Assembly (NCBI RefSeq): GCF_002113885.1
Contig: NW_018406858.1
Location: forward strand, 561,363-625,362
Source of the DNA: Mizuhopecten yessoensis
Taxonomy: Eukaryota
DNA: 64,000 bases
Direction: 5' to 3'
Part shown: piece after piece, positions 37,001 through 49,095 of the stretch
How positions within the stretch are numbered: the first letter of the stretch is position 1
How the letters are laid out: every line of letters starts with the position of its first letter
Position numbers and translations under genes: made by a program
The notes under the pieces: generated by a model
Told to the model about the DNA's origin: nothing
The model's database searches: none
Seen by the model: only the letters and a program-made list of their open reading frames with translations

Positions 37001-37680
37001 TCTTGTCAGATGTACCGCATAGTTACTGATGTCCTCGTGTCTTAGGTACTGCATAGTTTCTGATGATCTCTTGTCTAATGTACTTCATAGTTACTCACGA
37101 CCTCTTGTCTGATGTACTGCATAGTTACTGATGACCTCGTGTCTTAGGAACTGCATAGTTACTGATGACCTCTTATCTAATGTACTTCATAGTTACTAAT
37201 GACCTCTTGTCTAATGTACTGCATAGTTACTAATGACCTCTTGTCTGATGTACTGCATAGTTACTGATGACCTCTTGCCTAATATACTGTATAGTTACTG
37301 ATGAACTCGTGTCGTAGGAACTGCATAGTTACTGATGACCCCTTGTCTAATGTACTACATATTTACTGATGACCTCTTGTCTATTGTACTACATATTTAC
37401 TGATGACCTCTTGTCTAAGGTACTACATATTTACTGATGACTTCGTGTCTACTAAAGTACTTACTGGTGACCCCGTGTCTTAGGAACTGCATACTGGTAG
37501 TTAAGGGTGACCTCATGTCTAAAGTACTTATTGGTGACCCCGTGTCCTAGGTTCTACATGATTATTGATGACCCCGTGTCCTAGGTGCTACATAATTATT
37601 GATAACCTCGTGTCCTAGGTGCTACATAATTATTGATGACCTCGTACATGTAACTTTGGTAGTGCATAGTTACTGATGAC
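34095..37680. repeat. 34-bp satellite, ~105 copies
   Basis: Unit TTACTGATGACCTCTTGTCTAATGTACTGCATAG. Confidence 0.97.
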
Positions 37681-38896
37681 TTCCAAGTGAATTACATTAC
37701 TCTTCATGACATCCTGTCGTAGTTTCCGGTTACAGCATGTCTCCTATGTTGTATGGCAATATTTTACATACTTTCTCGTGAACTTTATGGTAACCAGTTA
37801 CATCGTATCTCGTTAGCTTGTTTGAGACCGGTTATAGTATGCCTCGTTTGTTGTATGATAACCCGTTACGTCATGTCTTGGGTAAAGTATGGTTACCGGT
37901 TACGTGTTGCATTGCCCTGTTATATAATTACAGAACTTCAAACGATAACGAACTACACCGACCTTTTGTTGTCTCGTACAAGTACACATTAGTAATACGC
38001 GTATACATGCTATCAGAACCTGAAGGAAACGGGACCAAACTATCGAAGTGATTGTATAAACAAAAAGTATGCAATTCCTTTACACATTTCAAAATCCTAA
38101 ATATTTGCCTATCCACCTAGCGCAAACCAGAGTGTTGTCAGATCTAAAGAGGCCCTTAGCATGGCCTTGGAGAACACAGGAACAAAGACTTCGGCCTTAG
38201 ACTTCCCGACAAGTGTTAGAACACCGCCAGGTAGCGCACACACGTTGGGTGAGGTGTGGGTGTGGACGGTCGTTTGTCACCCTTACAGTATACAAAGGCC
38301 ACAACTATAGTGAGTATAGACTCAGAAGTCACAATCATTGTAATCTGTACTACATATTAAAGCTAATAACCTTCCATTATCCAACAGAGGGAACAGTCCT
38401 GCTAATAAAACGCTTTTTTCTTGCTCATATCAATAACTTTAAATGAATAATTTACAGTCTATTAGCCTTTTAAGAACACAGCCTAGACTTATGAATTCTA
38501 TTGTAGAAATACATATTTAACACTTTGTGGGTAAACAATACGTCATTCTACCGTAATGATCCTTATAAACTCTGTAAATGCCTTAGTACCACAAATCAAG
38601 TATCATTCTGTCTGTCCGCAGGGACCTGAAACGTTTTTAAAGCTATACCTCATTTAAGGTGTTCAGAGTTATTTTGCACGTCCTATGGGTTTATATCAAC
38701 TCTCGGTTGAAAAATGCTACTCCAAAATTAATCTGGTATATATCCTCACTGGGTGGAGTTTTTACCGAAATCTGATATTGACATTTTGCTGAACTTTGTC
38801 TCCTTTTTCTTCTCCTCTCTTTTACCAGTTACAAATGTATATCTTATTTGTCCATTTTGTGGTATCGGTATGTTTCCGATACTCCGGCGGCACCTT

Positions 38897-40165
38897 ATAC
38901 CGTAATGTCCCTGTACAATGTCCGTGTTATGATACCGTAATGTCCCTGTACAATGTCCGTTATTATGATACCGTAATGTCCCTGTACAATGCCCGTGCTC
39001 TGATACCGTAATGTCCCTGTACAATGTGCGGGCTATGATACCGTAATGTGACTGTACAGTGTCCGTGTTATGATACCGTAATGTCCCTGTACGATGTCCG
39101 TTATTATGATACCGTAATGTCCCTGTCCAATGCCCGTGCTATGATACCGTAATGTCCCTGTACACTGCCCGTGCTATGATACCGTAATGTCCCTGTACAC
39201 TGCCCGTGCTATGATACCGTAATGTCCCTGTAAAATGTCCGTTCTATGATACCGTTATGTCCCTGTACAATGTCCGTGCTATGATACCGTAATGTCCTTG
39301 TACAATGTCCGTGCTATGATACCGTAATGTCCCTGTACAATGTCCGTGCTATGATACCGTAATGTCCTCGTACAATGTCTGTGCTATGATACCGTTATGT
39401 CCCTGTACAATGTCCGTGTTATGATACCGTAATTTCCCTTACAATGTCCATGCTATGATACCGTAATGTCCCTGTACAATGCCAGTGCTATGATACCGTA
39501 ATGTCCCTGTACAATGCCCGTGCTATGATACCGTAATGTCCCTGTACAATGTCCGTGCTATGATACCGTAATGTCCCTGTACAATGTCCGTGCTATGATA
39601 CCGTAATGTCCCTGTACAATGTCCGTGCTATGATACCGTAATGTCCCTGTACAATGTCCGTGCTATGATACCGTAATGTCCCTGTACAATGTCCGTGCTA
39701 TGATACCGTAATGTCCCTGTACAATGTCCGTGCTATGATACCGTAATGTCCCTGTACAATGTCCGTGCTATGATACCGTAATGTCCCTGTACAATGTCCG
39801 TGCTATGATACCGTAATGTCCCTGTACAATGTCCGTGCTATGATACCGTAATGTCCCTGTACAATGTCCGTGCTATGATACCGTAATGTCCCTGTACAAT
39901 GTCCGTGCTATGATACCGTAATGTCCCTGTACAATGTCCGTGCTATGATACCGTAATGTCCCTGTACAATGTCCGTGCTATGATACCGTAATGTCCCTGT
40001 ACAATGTCCGTGCTATGATACCGTAATGTCCCTGTACAATGCCCGTGCTATGATACCGTAATGTCCCTGTACAATGTCCGTGCTATGATACCGTAATGTC
40101 CCTGTACAATGTCCGTGTTATGATACCGTAATGTCCCTGTACAATGTCCGTATTATGATACCACG
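38897..40165. repeat. 35-bp minisatellite, ~36 copies, with a homogeneous core
   Basis: Unit GATACCGTAATGTCCCTGTACAATGTCCGTGCTAT; run of identical units at ~39520-40040. Confidence 0.97.
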
Positions 40166-41619
40166 TAATGTGACATAACTTTGTCAACGCCATTATGCCG
40201 TAGCGTTTATTGTGGCAATGTCTTTCTATATAACCTATATTTTACGACCATGCGAGAGCAGATTCCCCTGAACATGTTCTAACCGTGGTTGTTATTTGCT
40301 TGGTGCAAAACTACCAGGACTTGCAAAAACTATGCATATCATGATATATAATAAGACGGTCTTTATAGCGATTTATAGCTCTTTAAATTCTGCTAGGTGA
40401 ATTTAATTCGTTTTAAAACTTTGAACTTCTTATATTTTGCACATTTTTAAAAAACACTAATGAATCAAAAAGATAGCGTCTTCTAACACGTGGTGTCAGC
40501 TGTCCTTTTTATGCCGTCCGAGATGTAGACATTAACGTGACGATATTGCGAAGATAACTTATATTTCGGCACAGCGATTTTTTTCTTTAAAAAATATTAA
40601 AAAGAAATTACATTTGTACCTATAGATTCAGCAGACTTAGTGGTTAAACTAACACTTTGTCTAAGCCGGGGTAATTTTCCATCACACCTTACCATGCTAT
40701 CGTATTGTTACAATGTATTTAACATTGTCTACTTCATTTACCTTATAATGTTACCTAACTTTGTCAGCATCACGATACCGTTGTGTTATTTACACCCTGT
40801 GCACCTTAATGTTACCGTAATGTTACTAAACATTGTCCTCAACACGATATCGTAATGTTCACTTCAAGTTACCGGAATGTTACTAAACATCGTCAGCATC
40901 AGCAATTTCGTAATGTTACTTGCACTTTGTCTGCTATATATGTTACTGTTGTTGTTATTCACTTTGCGCCTTATGTGAAGGTCATTTGCCCGCATTTTAA
41001 CATCTAACAGGCAATAAAAGGTAATTCAAACTTAAATGAAGTGATATAAATCTAGGAGATTGTGTAAGCCTGTCAAACAGATAGGTGTTGGTTTTCAGGA
41101 CTAATTATTTTTATTTTGCAAAACGTGTATTTTATTGTCAGAAAACAAATCGAATGGCTGTTTAATGTCCGTGCATGGCATTGTTACGCACACCAGGATC
41201 CTAACGCTCGTTAACACAGCTCCTCTATAACCACGATCTGACAGATATCGCCTGTCTATTTACCCTGTTACGGCCCTGGGTGTGGTAAGTGTCTATTTCA
41301 TCATCCGATTTTCTTACAGGTGAACGTTTTTTTTTTGTCGTAATGAAAGCTCTTCCCAGCGTTTGTGTGACAAGAAGGCAATGTTATCACGGATTCTATC
41401 GATTTCGAAAGTGTAGTGCTAATATTATTCTATATTCATATTTCATCAAAGGCATACACGATTGCTTTAATTAAGCTTCCTGTATGCTTTTTTTCTCGCG
41501 AAACAGGATTCCATCGATCGGCGCATAGTGTAGACAATCGGGTCTTTTGAGAGTTTCCATCATAATTGCACTACAACTTGAACAGATATATACCTTCTCA
41601 ATGAAGAAACACCCACACA

Positions 41620-42195
41620 TAAACAAAGAGGCAAATTTGCTTGTATCACAAATATTGTCTAATTAAAGGACAATGAACAAAAAGGCGGAATGTGCCTGTA
41701 TCACACATAATAAATAATCATAGGACAATGAACAAAGAGGTGGAATGTGCCTGTATCACACATAATAAATAACCATAGGACAATGAATAAAGAGGCGGAA
41801 TGTGCCTGTATCACACATATTAAATAATCATAGGAAAATGAACAAAGAGGCGGAATGTGCCTGTATCACACATATTAAATAATCAAAGGACAATGAACAA
41901 AGAGGCGGAATGTGCCTGTATCACACATATTAAATAATCATAGGACAATGAACAAAGAGGCGAAATGTGCCTGTATCACACATATTAAATAATCATAGGA
42001 CAATGAACAAAGAGGCGGAATGTGCCTGTATCAAACATATTAAATAACCATAGGACAATGAACAAAGAGGCGAAATGTGCCTGTATCACACATATTAAAT
42101 AATCAAAGGACAATGAACAAAGAGGCGGAATGTGCCTGTATCATACATTTAAACTAATTATAGGACAATGAATTTAGAGGCGGAATATGCCTGTT
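41620..42195. repeat. 55-bp minisatellite, ~10 copies
   Basis: Unit AGGACAATGAACAAAGAGGCGGAATGTGCCTGTATCACACATATTAAATAATCAT. Confidence 0.95.
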
Positions 42196-43442
42196 TAACA
42201 CATTTTAACTTGATATAGACCAATGTAAGTTTTACGTGCTACATTGGTAAGGTAGCTCACAGTTATATACCTACACGATGTGTCACGACAGCGCTGAATG
42301 CTGACCATGCGTTGCTCGTCGATTAATACTATTCGCCCAGGAAACCATGGCGTCACAACAGACAGCGATTTATAGTGCCACATTCTACCGTTCCTCAGTA
42401 TGTCATCCGGTTAATACCCATCGCAGTGTAAAATAACTCCATGTAAATAACTTGATAACAAAAATGAACAGCAGGTGAGTTAGGAAAGTAATTACCCGGC
42501 CTGAATACTTATGGAGGCGTTGCGGTCCCTGAAAGGCACATTGCTGTGTGGTTAGGGTTGACATGTCCAGTTTATATCAGAGTTTAATATAAGTAGTCTG
42601 ATGAATTTTCGATCTAAAGCGAGACAAGTAACAATATTTCACAAATTATGCCGATAAAGGCACACTATACGCTGTCTCTGATAGGGGAACTCGCCATAAA
42701 AATACCTATGCAAATGGCTTTTGTTTTGGAGAAGACGGGCCTTCTCTATACTACTACGGCAGAAAATAACAAACATATCTATGCGTTTGCCTGACTAGCC
42801 TGTCGCATGCAGTAGACAGAGTTTAATGAGTATAACACATTAGCATATTACATGTACAATCAACCATACACCCTTAACACGATATACTCACATCCTTTTC
42901 CCAGTTCTCCTTCTCATACATTATCAAAATCCTATCCCTATAGCAGATATCGAAAACAGTTCTCTGAAAAGAAACCAAGCGAGCCACCCAATTTGAAACC
43001 TTTCTGGGACTACAAGAGGTGCACCAGACCTGAATTATTAGGCTTAAAAATCTGGGATTCTACCTAAAACTGTACTGCTTCTAACACTGCCATACGGAAA
43101 CGCAAACAAAACTGATCTAAACCTAATCAAACCTCAAAAATTCTTTAAATCTGTGTTTGAAAAATATTCCGACTACAAGAAATACATATAACGTGTTACT
43201 GCGACCGACGCGCTAGAAAAGTGGCGTACCTACCCGCGTACCATCGCACCCACACGACAATGTACGTGCCAAGTTCCAACACTCTGATTGGCTGACCAGA
43301 TCTGACTCGGTCCACTCGTAATTCCACCCCTGACTTCCCGCCATTACTACGAAACGCAGGAATATTTTATTATCGTTTCTGCATATGGAGAAAACATTTC
43401 TTTAAAAGAAAAAAACCCATGTGTATACATTTAGAGTAATTC

Positions 43443-43660
43443 CTGGTTTATCCGTTGTCAGTACATTGCACAATGTGGCCGGGTAAAATACTGTGCTGGG
43501 TGCCTTCGGCATCACAATGGGCATTGTATTTCATGATCAGTATGGTAGAAGTCAAAAGTCGGCATCAGATCCACGTTATTGCAAGGTCATTACACCAACA
43601 TAGCGCCTGCAGCACACGTGCATACATTGCACAGACGGAGGCGCGCCCTCGGGGATCCCC
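43443..43660 (+). mobile_element. Degenerate SINE body, related to the copy at ~46160
   Basis: CTGGTTTATCCGTTGTCAGTA...ATGTGGCCGGG...TACTGTGCTGGGTGCCTTCGGCAT is shared with 46160-46230. Confidence 0.45.
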
Positions 43661-43815
43661 GCATGTACAGTAAGTATTTGAAACTCTTTTATCCAGTATG
43701 GCTATAGATTTGATAGGCCATTTCGGGACTCATTGTGGGACTTTCATGAGAAATGATAAAGATGAAATTAAGAAAAGATAGTCAACAACAGTGTTCTGAA
43801 CGTAAAATTATTAGC

Positions 43816-43889
43816 GGGGCTAGACTGGGATTCGAACCCTGTACTTCAGATTGTTTTACTACCGTTCTAACCGATTGAGCTACCGGGTC
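43816..43889 (-). mobile_element. tRNA-derived SINE head or tRNA pseudogene
   Basis: Minus strand GACCCGGTAGCTCAATCGGTTAGAACG...GGGTTCGAATCCCAG has Pol III A and B boxes; anticodon and acceptor arms do not pair. Confidence 0.6.
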
Positions 43890-43995
43890 AACGGAAGAGT
43901 CCTTGCCCAGTAGTGCTACAGTTATTTCCAATCAGAAGTGAAAGGTTGTTATTGTATATAGGACAAACATAGTGCAGTGGGACAGGGATCCTTAA

Positions 43996-45434
43996 GGTGG
44001 CTCCACACATCGTCATCAGCGTCCATTTTCGTGACGTACTTCCGGAAAAAGTACAGCTCGGACTCAATTATCTTGATCGAAATGTGCATATATACCGTGT
44101 CGTCATTTCCGTATTGCGTATCGGGCATTCAATATCGTAGTCAAATTATAGTAACACCCCAGGGCCGTTTTCGTTTAAACGGTCAAACCGATCGGACCAC
44201 TGTTGTTCGTTTATTAAATAATGTCGGACCTAGTAATCTGATGCTGCTTTCAGGCGAACCTTGAAAAAGCCATGCAAGGCATGCATACACATTAGCAGGT
44301 CCGCCAGGATTTATACCCGAAATTGTTACATTTATAAACGGTCAAACCGATTGTTCCGCATACACGAACAGGCCTCTTGTAAACAATAGCACACGTGCGT
44401 GCCGATGATATGTCAGCACCCGCTATCGAGATTTTACCGGGAAATGTATAATCACACGTACTTCAGGAATAAAGCTTTCCAATTCATAGACATAAACAGA
44501 CTCACGGGAAGACAGTGACATGAGACCAGACGACCTCAAGAAGGTCATATAGGAAACACATGGAATGCGGACGTACCAACCTCACATGTGCATATCACGT
44601 GCTTACACGAGTTCATAAGCTCGAGGTCGTTACGACTGTCGATTAAATCGTGTTTACAAATGTGTGTAGTCTACTTATCAAGATACCTATGAAATGCATG
44701 TGTGAGTGCACGTGAAAACGGCATACCATGCGATAGCCTCTGGTCATATATGTACCGGACATGTAATTATAAATATACCGTGAGTTAGCGGACTGTGGAA
44801 TGATGTCCAAAGTGTACATGACTGAGGGTTATTTGGTCTCATTAAAGAACAATAAATTGATAATTTTGATATCACATTTTTGATTTATTTCCATCATTTT
44901 TGTTATATATAAACAGAGACAACTGTCATTGTGTAAATGTCATACCTCTGCAAAGAGTTCCGATTTTTTTCAAGGAAGATAACTCTCACCCGGATCAAAG
45001 TAATTGTAAAATGTAAAATAAATTAATTATAAAGCCATTGTGTATATTTTGTTCAATTTCCCATTCTATATGTATAGATCTTTGTGTCCTGTTTGCTTTT
45101 AGCTCGTAGATAATCACCTTTATCCGTACAAATTCAATAAAACCACTTTGTGTAATATGTGTTACATATTTTGCGATAAATAAAATATTTGTAGGGTTAA
45201 TTAGAAATGCTTTTTTTCATTTTATTATTGCTGTTATTTTTCTGAACAATGACACACACAAAAAAAAAAACGGAAAATATTAAAATTGACGAAAATTCAA
45301 TTTTTTGGTATTTTTTCCAAAAAAGTCCCCAAACTAGTTTAGATTTTCATAAAATCAACTCTACATAGTTACACAACCATTATATGAAAGTTTCAACGAA
45401 TTTTGCTGGTTAGTTGCGAAAGTATGGAACCACC
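43996..45434. mobile_element. ~1.44-kb non-autonomous DNA transposon with TTAA target sites (Kolobok-like)
   Basis: TTAA|GGTGGCTCCACAC ... GTATGGAACCACC|TTAA (11/13 TIR match); no transposase ORF. Confidence 0.6.
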
Positions 45435-46159
45435 TTAAAGGACCCGAGCTGTTAATTTAATGCTCCCCCGCCCCCCCCCCCTCCCCCCTAAAAAAACAAA
45501 AACAAACAAAAATAAAAAACATAAACCAAAATCAACGGTACCAAGTTTTTTGTACAACCACCAGAAAAGTTAAGTTTGCTATAAAAAAACTTACTGCAGA
45601 AAGGGTCAATTTGTTTTCATTTTAGTATATATATATAAACCATTGGAACGCCTGGCCTTACTTTCTACCTTAGTTATGAACACAAGACAACGACATATAT
45701 ATACTACTCAACTGATATATACAGACAGTTTATAATTAGTTTGTGGTCGTTTCGCTGAGCCAAAGGTTGGGTGTTTCTCACGGATATATATCGGCGTAAA
45801 TGGATTTAATTTGGAAGCGATATCATCGTAAAGGAGTTTGTTTTCTCTGACAACAAGCTTTGGTTATATATAGGACGGGGCTTGGTCTGCCAGAGGACAG
45901 ATGAACAAGTTTTACACACAACGGTCGATACTATTGCACGAGGTTGTCCCCCAAACCAATGATAACCCCTCAACAAAAGAACATGTTACATATTTAAGGA
46001 AACCGTACTGTTAAAATCGATTTATAATTAACAAAAAATCATATGTCCTCTGATTTGGGTCTTGTTATAGAGTATTATATCAATAAATAATGTGAAATCA
46101 AAATATTCGCATTCTTAATGATATGTTGTGTTTCACATTAGGCATGTATGGATCGCAAC

Positions 46160-46430
46160 AACTGGTTTACCCGTTGTCAGTATAATGTGACCAGTTGGAA
46201 TACTGTGCAGGGTGCCGTCGGCATGGTATTTCAGTGAGGTTACACTCTAAAGTCAGCATCAGATGAGCGCTGTACTAAGGATGCACATACACCAACACAT
46301 CCTGTATCCGGCATACATACATTCATGCACACATGCATTTCACACATGCACACCTGTATTACACACATGTAGGCACATGCTTAAATGATCCTAGCTGTTA
46401 ATGGAAGTTAAACCTAATAAAAACCAAACG
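46160..46430 (+). mobile_element. SINE remnant (MetaSINE-like)
   Basis: ACTGGTTTACCCGTTGTCAGTATAATGTGACC...CGGCATGGTATTTCAGTGAGG...GCTGTTAATGGAAGTTAAACC plus an A-rich tail. Resembles bivalve Meta-domain SINEs, from memory. Confidence 0.5.
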
Positions 46431-47319
46431 TATGAATCACACCTGTCCTCATGACATTCGATTCAGTAAATGAATAAACAAATATTCGACAAAACCATGA
46501 AGGAGTAAATGAACAGATAAATAAATTAAATTTGATGATAAGTTATCTCCTTATTTTTACTGAGCATGTGTAGTAACATGCCGCTGGATTGTACAAGCGT
46601 GTTGGAGTTTTCTCCCTTTAAGAGAACACAAGACTACCACCATTATTTCAATTTGCATTGACTGACCCCCCCCCCCCTAAAAAGAAATTCACAGGTGTCC
46701 CTTCAAGTGTGTGGCCAAATTAACTGTTTGTCTTCTATATACTCTAGTAAACACCAAGTGTTATACATTATGACCCTAGAACCACCTGTTACATTAAATA
46801 ACAATACGTATTTACTGTTTTAGGACCCGATGCCGCATTTGTTGATTTTTTTTTTTTTTTGACGGCATTACACATAAAAAACCCTTTGACGTCATATCCG
46901 TTATTCCACGAACAGAATAAGGACACTTTCACAACTGATTCCTGTTCGATAAGACCAGTGTGAGTTGATATGTGTTAACGCCGAACTAGCCATATCCTTC
47001 TTCATAATCGAGGAAATCTATAATTAATTGACCAAAGGTAGCAGAACAGTATGACAGTTTAACTGGTGCGATATGTTTTTGCGTGTGACCAGATGTAGGT
47101 TGTGTGGTAGTCTGTTTTCATTGCTGATTAAATAAATGAGAGTGTTGAGTTTCTAGATATATATAAACTGATCACTTCCCATCAACTAATTATATAGTCA
47201 TTGATTGGTTGCTTGCATAGAACGTCTTGAAACAAGCCAAAACAAAGAACATCGAACACAGTATACAGTCTACAACACGACCCTTTGGCTGGTGCTTAAT
47301 TGTTACTCGCGCACTTTTT

Positions 47320-47520
47320 GAACAAAGAGAAACAAACCTGGTGTATACCATTTTATCCTAATAAATGCACCTCTCTTTTCATATCTAGATCAAGAATCCA
47401 AATCCAGACTTCTTTAAATGTAACTCTCTCTCATAACATGAGCTGGGACTTACACATCCAACGCCAACAAAAAATAATATATCTTAAAATGAATTGTCAG
47501 GAACCAGACATCACCTCATA
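47320..47520 (+). mobile_element. Highly decayed LINE ORF2 C-terminal fragment
   Basis: Translation WCIPFYPNKCTSLFISRSR...NVTLSHNMSWDLHI resembles the post-RT W.M.F...KC...LGV.....LSW..HI motif. Confidence 0.5.
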
Positions 47521-49095
47521 GTCATTTATCATGAACATTATTTACAATATGATGATACAGACATAAGATCAGTTACTCCATGTCAATATCAACCTTATCA
47601 GACAAAAAGTGAGTATCATCAGCCCAGCTTCGTTAAATACTGGGTCCTCCTTCTGGAAGTCTCTTCCTCGAAACATGACTCTGAATGCTGTCAAATTATA
47701 ACTTACGAAATATCAAATGTAAACAGACACCCCTTGGTTTTAACTCCTATTCTTTTTATTTATTTCATATACATGTACATCACTTATCTCATAAACTCTA
47801 TTTTTAGCCGACGTGTACTTAATCTGGATAACAACTGTTATCAATCTTATGCAAATGTTATGAACAACGAAGCAAAAGGGATTAGCTGTGTTAAATAAAT
47901 ATATAAATGTCGCTAATCAATTAAGAAAGACCGTGATGCAACGATTAACTTTATGTAACTATGGGCTGTCAATTGTCGACTGCATTATTGCAATGTCTGC
48001 CACGGGAATGATTTTTTATGTTATATATATACTGCTTAGCTGAGAAACGTAACATAAGGTTAATACAATTTTAGAGTTTTAATTATTTGCCTTTTTTGAA
48101 TTACGTATTTATTTATTTCCGTTATTAAATTTTGTCTGTTCACGCCGCCGCAAAATTATCATCTCAGATGGAGCAACGTATTATACAGATGTAGATGTAG
48201 ATTAAAAGAATACAAGATTACAGTAACTTCTCTTTCATAACCATATCATAAGTCATCAGAACATTCTAACGTATGAATAACTCACGACGAATACATTTTA
48301 TTCCTGCTAAAAAAAATTGAACCACGTTAAAATATAACTGTATTATAAATGTTTAAAGAATAGGACAGTAAAACAGTTTACGATGTCCAATATGTAGCTA
48401 GAGTAAATAAAAACGAAAACCATAAACATTAATCCGGAAACAATGCTGATAAAAGTTCCTGTCCAATTTTAATATTAAACACGCTACGATATATATTCAA
48501 TGCAAATTCCCGTTCAAAACGTGACTATACGTTACCAACAACAATAATAACAACGACCTGCAGTGATACAAAACTTAGTTCGTAATAGTATAAAACCAAC
48601 CTTACCCTATGGAACATTCTCGCTCTCTCTAGATGTCTTCTACCATGAAGACGTTAAATTATTCTTTCTTGATTAATAATTTTATAATACACAAGTAAAC
48701 ATCAATAACATGGCACCAGTCTATAAAACAAAGGCAGGCAGCCTTCCTGTTCCCGACCCCTTTAAATTTACATTCTGTTGAGTACGACTGCGCTTCAATG
48801 TTTTTGACTATTTGCAATTACAATTTTGCTGTATGTAAAGTTTTTGTTATTAATATGTGTTGTCAGTTCTATCCTCACTTATGCCTTATTCAAAGCCATC
48901 ATTGCCTATAATTGTCCTATTTATTTCCTCCTGTTGTCAATATGGGCCTACCTGCTGTTCCTTAAGCAGTTCTTCATGCTGCTATTGCGTTGTGTCTTTC
49001 TACATTCTTATGCTATCGCTTTTTTTGGGACTCCTGATTGCTTTCCTGCTGTTGAGTGATGTGATGTCCTCGTTTATGATGTACACTATGCTACA

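Noticed and set aside
34095-37680. CTGATGA in every 34-bp unit (box C / hammerhead core look-alike)
   Set aside because: No GAAA half-core or stem II, and no C-to-D spacing with a guide; a chance motif amplified with the satellite.
25975-42195. Regular 31-55 bp repeats resembling CRISPR arrays
   Set aside because: Units are head-to-tail with no unique spacers, there are no cas genes, and the context is eukaryotic and spliced.
43816-43889. Functional tRNA gene
   Set aside because: A and B boxes are present but acceptor and anticodon stems do not form; treated as a SINE head.
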